64,000 nt of DNA from Bacillota bacterium (lineage in GTDB: Bacteria; Bacillota; Clostridia; Acetivibrionales; DTU013). Positions 40,247 to 48,337 of the stretch are shown here, one piece after another (position 1 is the first letter of the stretch; each line of letters starts with the position of its first letter). The DNA lies in NCBI GenBank assembly GCA_023411715.1, contig JAEYOM010000123.1, forward strand, positions 20,225-84,224, read 5' to 3'. A program made the translations under genes and the position numbers. The notes below the pieces were generated by a model that was not told the origin of the DNA, searched no databases, and worked only from the letters and a program-made list of their open reading frames with translations.

Positions 40247-40579
40247 GAAAAATCGATACCGATAAAGAAGAGGCCGGGAAGTTGTTTTGCCGACGAATAC
40301 CACTGGGAGGATGGGATAGGATCGAGGGAAAGCCGTCAAAAGATGATAAATACCCATTGGGACGGTATCGTTGAAGGCAACAGCTTAGGCACACATGAAT
40401 TTATGCGCTTCCGCGAACTGATAGGGGCCGAGCCCTATATCTTCGGAAACGTAGGCAGTGGAACAGTCCGGAAAATGCAGCAGCGGGGCGAATACATAAT
40501 CTTCGACGGAGTATCGCCTATGACGGAACTCAGAAAGCGGAGCGGCCGCAGCGAACCCTGCTACCACCGATGTTGGTAA
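40247..40579 (+). pseudogene. relic of a GH51 alpha-L-arabinofuranosidase gene (internal fragment of about 110 codons only)
   Basis: The frame reads [104 protein letters not shown]. This resembles the conserved ...[20 protein letters not shown]...NHFGTHEF...EPYISGNVGSGT...EYI.FDG.SPM... block of AbfA. It is bounded by stops and has no N- or C-terminal parts. Confidence 0.75.
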
Positions 40580-40623
40580 CAGCTGTTACGCTGAAATAGT
40601 GCATCCAAACCCTATAAAATAGT

Positions 40624-40663
40624 AAATGCTTGCATACGGACAACGTGTGCAAGCATTTGTTTT
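40624..40663. terminator. bidirectional terminator hairpin
   Basis: AAATGCTTGCA (40624-40634) pairs with TGCAAGCATTT (40648-40658), followed by GTTTTA. It lies just downstream of the minus-strand HAD gene. Confidence 0.75.
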
Positions 40664-40675
40664 ATCCAGCTGCTC

Positions 40676-41284
40676 TTACTCCTCAGCTTCCAGCTTTCTG
40701 ACGTACTCACGAATCTCCCCGATACGGTCGTTCGAGAACACTATGCCCTTGATACCGGCCTTTTTTGCTCCTTCGATATTCTGTGGCAAATCGTCGAAGA
40801 ATACCAGATTTTCAGGGCGTTCACCTGTTTTTTGTATGAGCCCCTGATAGATTCCGGCCTCGGGCTTGAAATACCCCATTTCATATGACAAAAAGTTGTA
40901 TTCGCTGTGGTCGAAGAAGCCTGTGATTTTCCGCTCGATCGCTACCTTGTGAAATTCGGCAAGATTGCTCAGGATATATATCTTTCTGCCCTTCTTCTTT
41001 AGATCCAGCATAAGGTCGAAGCCTTCGGGATTTATCCGGAAATAATCGACATGTAACTTGATCCATCCCTCATACGTAAGGTCCGTCATCACTCTTTTTA
41101 TGTGTTTCTCGAAGAAATCAACCGCCGCGATCCTTCCTGTTTGGACCTTATAGCTCAGTTCCTCAGCAAATAGAGCTCTTACCGCCTCTTCATCATATTC
41201 GCCTGAGCCGACCAGAAGCTGCACCAATGACTCATGATCATACTTTACAAGTACTCCGCCGATGTCAAAAATATAGCTGTACAT
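40676..41284 (-). CDS. HAD-superfamily hydrolase (subfamily IA-like)
   Basis: Motif I is IFDIGGVL, motif III ...K(G)RKIYILSN..., and motif IV ...VFFDDLPQNIEGA.... Confidence 0.8.
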   Translation of the reverse strand: MYSYIFDIGGVLVKYDHESLVQLLVGSGEYDEEAVRALFAEELSYKVQTGRIAAVDFFEKHIKRVMTDLTYEGWIKLHVDYFRINPEGFDLMLDLKKKGRKIYILSNLAEFHKVAIERKITGFFDHSEYNFLSYEMGYFKPEAGIYQGLIQKTGERPENLVFFDDLPQNIEGAKKAGIKGIVFSNDRIGEIREYVRKLEAEE

Positions 41285-41293
41285 AACAATCTC

Positions 41294-42682
41294 CTATAAC
41301 GTCGTGGCCTTGCTCCTATGTTTTGTCAAATCTCCATTCAGACTAACATTATTCTGATAGACGGCCTTTTTGCCCATCAATACTTTAAAAGTCTGCAGTA
41401 TTAGTTTAATATCCAGCAGCAGGCTGTAATCTTTTATATACAGAAGATCATACCTGAGCTTGTCCACCGGTGTAGTATCATACTTTCCGTATATCTGTGC
41501 GTATCCCGTGATTCCCGCCTTTACTAGATACCTATTGGCATACTCCGGTATCTCCTTGTTGAACTGTTCAACGAAAAACGGCCTTTCAGGCCTTGGCCCG
41601 ACAAAGCTCATATCGCCTTTAAGAACGTTGAAAAGCTGCGGAAGCTCATCTATTCTTAAGTTACGCAATACCCTGCCCACTCTTGTTATTCTCGGATCAT
41701 CGCCGTTTGAAAGAACCGGGCCGGTTTCTGCTTCAGCTCCGTCATACATTGTCCTGAACTTGATCACACTAAACTGTTTATTTCCTACTGTCAGCCGCGT
41801 TTGCCGATAGAATACGGGACCTTTCGACGTGAGCTTAACCAGACAAGCTGCCAGCAGCATCAAGGGGCTGGTCAAAATAATACCCAAAAATGCTACAACA
41901 ATATCAAACGTCCTTTTAAAGAAGCGCTGTTCCACTGTAAGTCCCAGTCTATCAACCATAAAAGCAGGCATGTCCTCGAACTGCACCATCCTGGCACCTG
42001 ACAAAGAAATTTCAAACAGACGCGGTACAATGTAAACCACTTTTTTTTGTGCCAGGCACTCGGTAATTATTTTCATTTTAACGTCATCGGAAACATTGTC
42101 GCTGATAAAGACCTCATCTACGTCCTTCAACCGTTTGAACGCTTTATTGATTTCATCCGACGGAATTGTACATTTTATGTGAAGTCTCGATTTCTTCAAA
42201 GAATGCTCAACCTTATCCAGAATAGAGCCCAGTTCATTCCTTTCCCCTATGACCATAAGATTTAAGTCGCTTACAACACGTTTCCTCACGTACAAGACAA
42301 AGCCCTTCCATATCAAAAGCAACACAAACTGGATCATAGGTGAAATTACAAGGATCAGCCTCGGAAATGAGAACCCCTGCAGATAATATGTGATCGTAAC
42401 AGCTGTAATAGCAAGTAAAAATATCGATTTCAGCAGAGCGACAGCAATTTCCTGCATAGACTTCCTATGGAACTTCAGAAGCCCAAATATGTCGAAATAA
42501 ATCAACGCCATTATTGTTATAAACGGCGCGGAAGCTATATAGGGGTTAAAATTGAATGCAGGCAATGTCCAATCGTAACGAATCAGGAATGCCAGCACAT
42601 ATGCAACATTTATAAGTGCAAGATCTACAAGTATGATTGCTATCTTATAGAATTTTTCAGTCTTTCGAATAAATGCCAGCAT
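41294..42682 (-). CDS. polyprenyl-phosphate glycosyl-1-phosphate transferase (WbaP/EpsL-type initiating sugar transferase)
   Basis: Four N-terminal TM helices plus a linker. The C-terminal catalytic domain includes ...KRTFDIVVAFLGIIL..., ...KFRTM... and ...DELPQLFNVLKGDMSFVGPRPERP.... Confidence 0.9.
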   Translation of the reverse strand: MLAFIRKTEKFYKIAIILVDLALINVAYVLAFLIRYDWTLPAFNFNPYIASAPFITIMALIYFDIFGLLKFHRKSMQEIAVALLKSIFLLAITAVTITYYLQGFSFPRLILVISPMIQFVLLLIWKGFVLYVRKRVVSDLNLMVIGERNELGSILDKVEHSLKKSRLHIKCTIPSDEINKAFKRLKDVDEVFISDNVSDDVKMKIITECLAQKKVVYIVPRLFEISLSGARMVQFEDMPAFMVDRLGLTVEQRFFKRTFDIVVAFLGIILTSPLMLLAACLVKLTSKGPVFYRQTRLTVGNKQFSVIKFRTMYDGAEAETGPVLSNGDDPRITRVGRVLRNLRIDELPQLFNVLKGDMSFVGPRPERPFFVEQFNKEIPEYANRYLVKAGITGYAQIYGKYDTTPVDKLRYDLLYIKDYSLLLDIKLILQTFKVLMGKKAVYQNNVSLNGDLTKHRSKATTL

Positions 42683-42798
42683 AATTGCCCCTGAAAAAAA
42701 ATATATAAATTACGTTAACATTATACCTTATTTTTTATAGTTTGTGCATCAATTTGAAATATGCTATTATTAGAAAAAATGAATTTTTAAGAGGCTGC

Positions 42799-43566
42799 AT
42801 GCTGGATTTATCTATTGTGATTGTTACTTATAATAATGAAAAGACTTTGAGACAATGTATTGAAAGTCTGCTCATGCATCTTTCTGATAAATTGACCTTT
42901 CAATTGTACGTGATAGATAATTGTTCATCCGATAAAACTATTAGTATCTTAAAAGAGTTTTCAAACAGTATTATCTTGATACAAAATGATAAGAATGTCG
43001 GGTTCGGCACTGCACATAATCAGATTCTTAGTTTAATTAAATCCAGATATCATCTAGTAGTTAACCCAGATATCGTTATTGAGAATAATTGTATTGGCGA
43101 AATGAAAAAATATATGGATCAACATCAGGAAATCGGTTTGCTTTCGCCGACGATAAAGTACCCCGATGGAAGGATACAATACCTGTGCAAAAGGAATCCT
43201 ACTTTTCTGGATTTATTTATTCGGCTGTTTTTCTCTCACTTATTCTCGAAACGGCAAAGCTATTTTGAAATGAGAGAGACCGGTTATAATAAGGAATTTG
43301 AAATCGAGTACGCAACAGGTTGCTTTATGTTCTTTAGGACAGATATATTCTGTAATCTTAATGGATTTGACGAAAAATTTTTTCTATACCTTGAGGACGC
43401 TGATATCACCAGACGCGTAAATGAAATCTCCAAAAGCATATTCTACCCTTATAACCACGTTGTGCATGAGTGGCAACGCGGATCTCACAAAAGCCTTAAG
43501 CTGGCGCTGATAGATATAATGTCGGCCAGGTATTATTTTAATAAATGGGGCTTCAGATTACTTTAA
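42799..43566 (+). CDS. glycosyltransferase family 2
   Basis: LSIVIVTYNNEKTLRQCIESL..., ...VIDNCSSDKT..., ...NVGFG... and ...YLEDADI... (DxD). The start is taken at MLDLSIV; the ORF is open to 42742. Confidence 0.88.
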   Translation: MLDLSIVIVTYNNEKTLRQCIESLLMHLSDKLTFQLYVIDNCSSDKTISILKEFSNSIILIQNDKNVGFGTAHNQILSLIKSRYHLVVNPDIVIENNCIGEMKKYMDQHQEIGLLSPTIKYPDGRIQYLCKRNPTFLDLFIRLFFSHLFSKRQSYFEMRETGYNKEFEIEYATGCFMFFRTDIFCNLNGFDEKFFLYLEDADITRRVNEISKSIFYPYNHVVHEWQRGSHKSLKLALIDIMSARYYFNKWGFRLL

Positions 43567-43646
43567 CATAAATCGTCTAACTGGATATCTATGATAAACG
43601 AAAACGATTCAAACCTATAATGATATGAACTGTTATTATTCATACA

Positions 43647-43907
43647 TTAATTTTTTGTTTCAGGTTCGAACTCGATAATTTCGTCTTCAACTTCTTTTTT
43701 TGCATTATCGTCGATATTAAGTACTTGCTTGGCCTTTTTCTTAGCTCTGCGCCAAACAATGCCTGCTGCTGCACCAACTGCAATCACAATGCCGGCAACA
43801 GCCTGTATTGTGTACGTCATAATTGATGGATCGATATACGCCAAAGCATTGCTCTCAAACAGAAACAGTAAACAAACGGCATAAAATAATACACGAAGTT
43901 TTTTCAT
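43647..43907 (-). CDS. small secreted/membrane protein of unknown function (86 aa)
   Basis: AGGAG precedes the ATG at 43907. The signal peptide is MKKLRVLFYAVCLLFLFESNALA. It is followed by YIDPS, a TM helix, the basic cluster WRRAKKKAK and an acidic tail. This is the last gene of the phosphonate operon. Confidence 0.55.
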   Translation of the reverse strand: MKKLRVLFYAVCLLFLFESNALAYIDPSIMTYTIQAVAGIVIAVGAAAGIVWRRAKKKAKQVLNIDDNAKKEVEDEIIEFEPETKN

Positions 43908-44017
43908 GGACCTTGCTCCTAACCTTATAGCTATATTTATCACAGATATTTTGTCGAAAGTATTTGCTCGTATAATATTACTCCAATTCAAATAGCTTTG
44001 CAACTATATACTTCCAA

Positions 44018-45157
44018 TTATAAAGCCTGCCGCAAAATATCAATTACGTCCGCTTTTGTAAATATTATTGGGTTATTGTCCATCCTTCCCTGAGTAAAAG
44101 TTTTCTCTGCTATAAAATCCAGATCTCTTTCAGTAATTCCAAAAGTTGATAACTTAAGGTCCATAACAGGTACCGATACATCTTTCAGCCATTTATTAAA
44201 TTCGTCTTTATTACCAAATATAGAATATATCCGACTAATTTCCGGTACTGCTGATTCGTTATGCTCTGCAACCTGCGCAATCGTAAGTGCGACTGCCAGG
44301 CCATGCTCTACTCCAAAGCACAGCGTTAGCGGATAAGATATGGAATGGCTTGCTGTAGTTCTGGTAATTGAAAAAGCCAGACCAGCAAGCAGCGAAGCCA
44401 GGCACATTCCCTGTCTCAGCTTTAAGTTACTACTATCTTTCAATACCTCAGGCAGGTATTCCTTAACGTAATCGATTGCTGATATTGCAATTGCCTGTGA
44501 TAACGGAGTTTTGCTCCTGGACCAAAAAGACTCCATTGCATGTGAAAGTGCATCCAATCCCGTAGAAAGTGTCAATCTGCCCGTCATCGTCGCAGTAAAT
44601 TCAGGAACCAGTAACGCCGCCTTCGGAAATATCTGAACACAATCCACTGATAGCTTTTCCTTATTTTCAAAATCCCAGACAGTTGCCCATTTTGTAACTT
44701 CTGAACCCGTTCCGGATGTGGTCGGCAAGGCAATAATATCGATAAAATAGTGTCCTAAAAGGTATTCCTTATTTTTTATGGCGTTGTATACTGATTGCTT
44801 CGACAGCATATCTGGCGGTATCAAAGAATACAAGGCACTAATGGCTTTTGCCAGATCAATACAGCTTCCGCCTCCTATTGCAATGATCTGATCAATTTGT
44901 ACTCCCTGCAGGTATTTCAAGCTTTCAAAGACGTCCGAAACCGAAGGGTTGGCCGGAATGCTATTTAAGTGGATAAGCTTACCGGACTTTTTCGTCTCTG
45001 ACAACCATTTATCCATTCCAGTTCTGTTCAGCATACCTTCACTAGCCAGTAGAAGGGTTTTATCCGTTCCTGATACCGCCTCATTTATATACTCTACAGC
45101 TTCTCCCCGAGTCAATATAGAGATTTCGACCGGTGAAAACGGCATATATTGTTTCAT
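44018..45157 (-). CDS. iron-containing (group III) alcohol dehydrogenase; by context a phosphonoacetaldehyde reductase
   Basis: ...IIAIGGGSCIDLAKA... is the Fe-ADH GGGS motif. Conserved His residues appear in ...LSHAMESFWS... and ...ASHSISYPLT.... It lies immediately downstream of pepM/ppd. Confidence 0.75.
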   Translation of the reverse strand: MKQYMPFSPVEISILTRGEAVEYINEAVSGTDKTLLLASEGMLNRTGMDKWLSETKKSGKLIHLNSIPANPSVSDVFESLKYLQGVQIDQIIAIGGGSCIDLAKAISALYSLIPPDMLSKQSVYNAIKNKEYLLGHYFIDIIALPTTSGTGSEVTKWATVWDFENKEKLSVDCVQIFPKAALLVPEFTATMTGRLTLSTGLDALSHAMESFWSRSKTPLSQAIAISAIDYVKEYLPEVLKDSSNLKLRQGMCLASLLAGLAFSITRTTASHSISYPLTLCFGVEHGLAVALTIAQVAEHNESAVPEISRIYSIFGNKDEFNKWLKDVSVPVMDLKLSTFGITERDLDFIAEKTFTQGRMDNNPIIFTKADVIDILRQAL

Positions 45158-45172
45158 TTCCTTCCTCCGCTA

Positions 45173-46465
45173 TTACTCGTTAGGAATCAATGTTAGTATT
45201 TTTTTGATTGGCATGCAGTATTCATCTGCTTCCAAAGATCTCGAGTTCGCAAGGATGGTTTCTGCAACCTTCTGCATCGCAGGGAACGCGCTTCTTAAAA
45301 GATGATTGGCATGTATAACAATATTTGCACCAGCTGCTGCCAGCTCTTCTTCAGTAATGCTGTTATACATTGTCGGAACTACGACTATCGGGATCAATTG
45401 ATTTGTCTTGCGAAATCTCCTGCAAAACTCCAAGATTTCGTCAGACTCTTTCCTGCATGAATGGATCATGATGCCGTCTACCCCGGCATCTACATAAGCG
45501 AGACATCTCTTAAGCGCATCTTCTATTCCCTTATCCAATATAAGGCTTTCACATCTGGCGATGATCATGAAATCCTTTGTTTTCAAAGCATTTTTACCAG
45601 CCCTGATCTTTTCACAAAAGTTTTCAATAGTTTCCTGTACTTGCTGAGCCTCGGTACCGAATAGAGAATTCTTTTTCAAACCTGTTTTGTCTTCGATTAT
45701 TACTGCCGAAACACCTATTCTTTCAAGTGTTCTTATATTGAAAATAAAATGCTCGGTAAGCCCACCTGTATCCCCGTCAAGTATAATGGGCTTTGTTGTT
45801 ACCTCCATGATTTCTTCCAGAGTATTGATCCTTGATGTCATGTCGACCAATTCTATATCAGGTTTACCTTTCGCCGTCGAATCGCAAAGGCTGGAGACCC
45901 AAATGGCGTCGAATTGCTTTATACCTTTTGGAGTCTCAACCTTGGTTTGTTCCACTATCAAACCTGTTAATCCATTGTGCGCTTCAAGCACGGAAAGACA
46001 TGGCTTATATTGCAGCAGCTTTTTTAACCTTGAACGACGGTTTTCAGGCATGTAAAGTTTCTGATCCAGGCTGCTCAGGGTTTCCTCCGTAGGGGTATGG
46101 GTATAAGGAAATTCAACCAGTTTACCCCCCCAGCCTCTTAAAACTTCAATTACTCTTTCTCGTATTCCGGCCTGATAACCCGTTATCCAATCATCCCCAT
46201 GTACAACAATATCCGGTTTTAACTGGTTCAGAACATCATCATACTCCAATTTGTCCTGAATCACCACATTTGACACACCTTTTATGTTTTGATACATTTG
46301 TATACGCTCATCCAACGGAATCAGGGGGTAGCGTTTGAATGTGGCAATCACTTCATCTGTCAGCACCCCGACAGTGAGTTCGCCCAGTTTTGAAGCGGCT
46401 TGTATGATATTCATATGGCCGTTATGGATGATATCCGTGCTGAAACACATATATACTTTTCCCAT
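45173..46465 (-). CDS. pepM: bifunctional cytidylyltransferase-like domain + phosphoenolpyruvate phosphomutase
   Basis: The N-terminus is MGKVYMCFSTDIIHNGHMNII (HxGH nucleotidyltransferase motif, TagD/ECT-like). The C-terminal domain has ...VLEAHNGLTGLIVEQ... and ...IWVSSLCDSTAKGKPDIE..., an ICL/PEP-mutase fold with the PepM-type EAHNGL motif. Confidence 0.85.
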   Translation of the reverse strand: MGKVYMCFSTDIIHNGHMNIIQAASKLGELTVGVLTDEVIATFKRYPLIPLDERIQMYQNIKGVSNVVIQDKLEYDDVLNQLKPDIVVHGDDWITGYQAGIRERVIEVLRGWGGKLVEFPYTHTPTEETLSSLDQKLYMPENRRSRLKKLLQYKPCLSVLEAHNGLTGLIVEQTKVETPKGIKQFDAIWVSSLCDSTAKGKPDIELVDMTSRINTLEEIMEVTTKPIILDGDTGGLTEHFIFNIRTLERIGVSAVIIEDKTGLKKNSLFGTEAQQVQETIENFCEKIRAGKNALKTKDFMIIARCESLILDKGIEDALKRCLAYVDAGVDGIMIHSCRKESDEILEFCRRFRKTNQLIPIVVVPTMYNSITEEELAAAGANIVIHANHLLRSAFPAMQKVAETILANSRSLEADEYCMPIKKILTLIPNE

Positions 46466-47196
46466 TACTCGTCCCCCATATCAAAAAGTTTTTGGAATCT
46501 TTCTGAAATAACCTTCAGGTCTTGCAAATTATCTATTTCATTACATAGCCTTCGGTTCAACTCCATCGGGTATAACCCTATTTGGTCACTGATCCCGTTA
46601 AGGGCATTTTCAGCATAAACTTTTGTAATACCAGCTTTGCAAAAAGCCTCAATCTCATTCATCCATAAAGCGAAATCTGTTTTGTTCAACTTATATGCCG
46701 GCTGGCAAGCTTCGCAGTCATCTCCGAAAAACTCTATTCCTACCGCTTTGATCTTATTGTTATTTATTTTTGCTTTAAAATCCTTTTCCGGCAGAAGAAG
46801 CAATCTATCGACCGCCACCACACTGCTTTTTGAATATAACAGGTCCGTAATAACAGATGGTTCCAATACAAGATCACCATGCAAAAGTAAAATATCATCA
46901 TTTAAAAACTCCTTTGCAAGGTACATTGAATAAATATAATTGGTATCTTTATAAACAGGGTTATTTATGAATGTAATATCTAAACCGTAGGAACCAGTCA
47001 GTGCATGTCCCTTTAGCAATTCCTCAAATGGGCCTGTTGTGATTACGACTTTTTTGATCCCGTTTCTTCGAATCAGTTCCAACTGCCAGCTGATAATGCT
47101 GTAACCATTTCCGATCGGACACATACACTTGGTTTTATCTTCAGTCAGCTTACCCATCCTGCTTCCTAGCCCGGAGTTTAAAAGCAATGCTTTCAC
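46465..47196 (-). CDS. LicC/MobA-like nucleotidyltransferase (probable phospho(no)-alcohol cytidylyltransferase)
   Basis: MKALLLNSGLGSRMGKLTEDKTKCM matches the G-x-G-(T/S)-R nucleotide-binding signature. 243 aa. Confidence 0.75.
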   Translation of the reverse strand: MKALLLNSGLGSRMGKLTEDKTKCMCPIGNGYSIISWQLELIRRNGIKKVVITTGPFEELLKGHALTGSYGLDITFINNPVYKDTNYIYSMYLAKEFLNDDILLLHGDLVLEPSVITDLLYSKSSVVAVDRLLLLPEKDFKAKINNNKIKAVGIEFFGDDCEACQPAYKLNKTDFALWMNEIEAFCKAGITKVYAENALNGISDQIGLYPMELNRRLCNEIDNLQDLKVISERFQKLFDMGDE

Positions 47197-47200
47197 GAGG

Positions 47201-48337
47201 TTATTTCCCCTCTCTGATAAATCTCATAAGTGCATCTTTATTTTCCTTAGGCGTTGTAGTCGGCCTGCCTAAATCATCCCTTGAGCCGAGAGCCACCAGT
47301 ATTTCTATAAAGCATATCCCCTGAACTTCCATGGCAGATCTGAGCACTTTCCGGAGTTCTGTCTGATCCGAAGCCCTGAAGCAGTTATTATATCCTGCTG
47401 CTTTGGCAAGTTCACAAAAATTGGTATTACCATATGCAACCGGCATACCGCCGACACTTTCATGTGCGCCATTATTGAAAACTATATGAACAAGGTTTTT
47501 GCATCCCGTTTTTGCCAAAATAACCGTACTACCCAAATGCATTATTGCGGCGCCATCGCCTTCTATACACCACACGCGCCTGTCCGGTGCTTCCATCGCT
47601 ATCCCCATGGCAATCATGGATGCATGTCCCATGGACCCTACAGTAAGAAAATCTTTTTCATGCCCCAGTTTCAAAGCCTCTCGGAGCTCAAACAATTCAC
47701 GCGAGGTCTTACCTGTAGTGGATACGAAAATATCCGTATCATCTGCAATTGTTATAATTGTCCTAAGTGCATCTTCCCGCTTCATCAAGTAATTATTTCC
47801 ATAATGAGGCGCGGCATCTGTCTCCAATGCACCCTTTCGAACGATGAAAGCTATACTCTTCCCCTCGGAAATAGTCGTCCTGCTCTCTTGGACAAATTTT
47901 AAAAATTCTTCCTGTTCCGTTTCCTTCGAAAGAATAAGGTATTTGATTTTCATTAATTCAAGAAGTTCTATCGTGACTTCGCCTTGAAAAGCATGCTGAG
48001 GCTCATCCTTGATTCCGGGTTCACCGCGCCAGCCTACTACGAAAACACAGGGAATTCCATATACCTTCTCATCCAATAAAGATGCCACAGGATTGATGAT
48101 ATTACCGATCCCGCTATTCTGAAGATATACCAAAGCAGGTCTTCCGGTGGCTATATAATGTCCGGAAGCCAGTCCGACTGCAGCACCTTCGTTAGCCGTA
48201 ACGACATGCCTATCACCCAGTTTATATTTCTCAAATAGAGTATTGCATAAAGCCTTAAGCTGGGAGTCCGGAACACCTGCATAATAATCTACTCCCAAGT
48301 ATTTTTGTAGAGTCTCCAAAAGCCAATCAATTTTCAT
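47201..48337 (-). CDS. ppd: phosphonopyruvate decarboxylase (ThDP-dependent)
   Basis: 378 aa. The ThDP motif is ...IEGDGAAIMHLGSTVILAKTGCKNLVHIVFNNGAHES.... Its size and its position beside pepM are characteristic. Confidence 0.85.
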   Translation of the reverse strand: MKIDWLLETLQKYLGVDYYAGVPDSQLKALCNTLFEKYKLGDRHVVTANEGAAVGLASGHYIATGRPALVYLQNSGIGNIINPVASLLDEKVYGIPCVFVVGWRGEPGIKDEPQHAFQGEVTIELLELMKIKYLILSKETEQEEFLKFVQESRTTISEGKSIAFIVRKGALETDAAPHYGNNYLMKREDALRTIITIADDTDIFVSTTGKTSRELFELREALKLGHEKDFLTVGSMGHASMIAMGIAMEAPDRRVWCIEGDGAAIMHLGSTVILAKTGCKNLVHIVFNNGAHESVGGMPVAYGNTNFCELAKAAGYNNCFRASDQTELRKVLRSAMEVQGICFIEILVALGSRDDLGRPTTTPKENKDALMRFIREGK

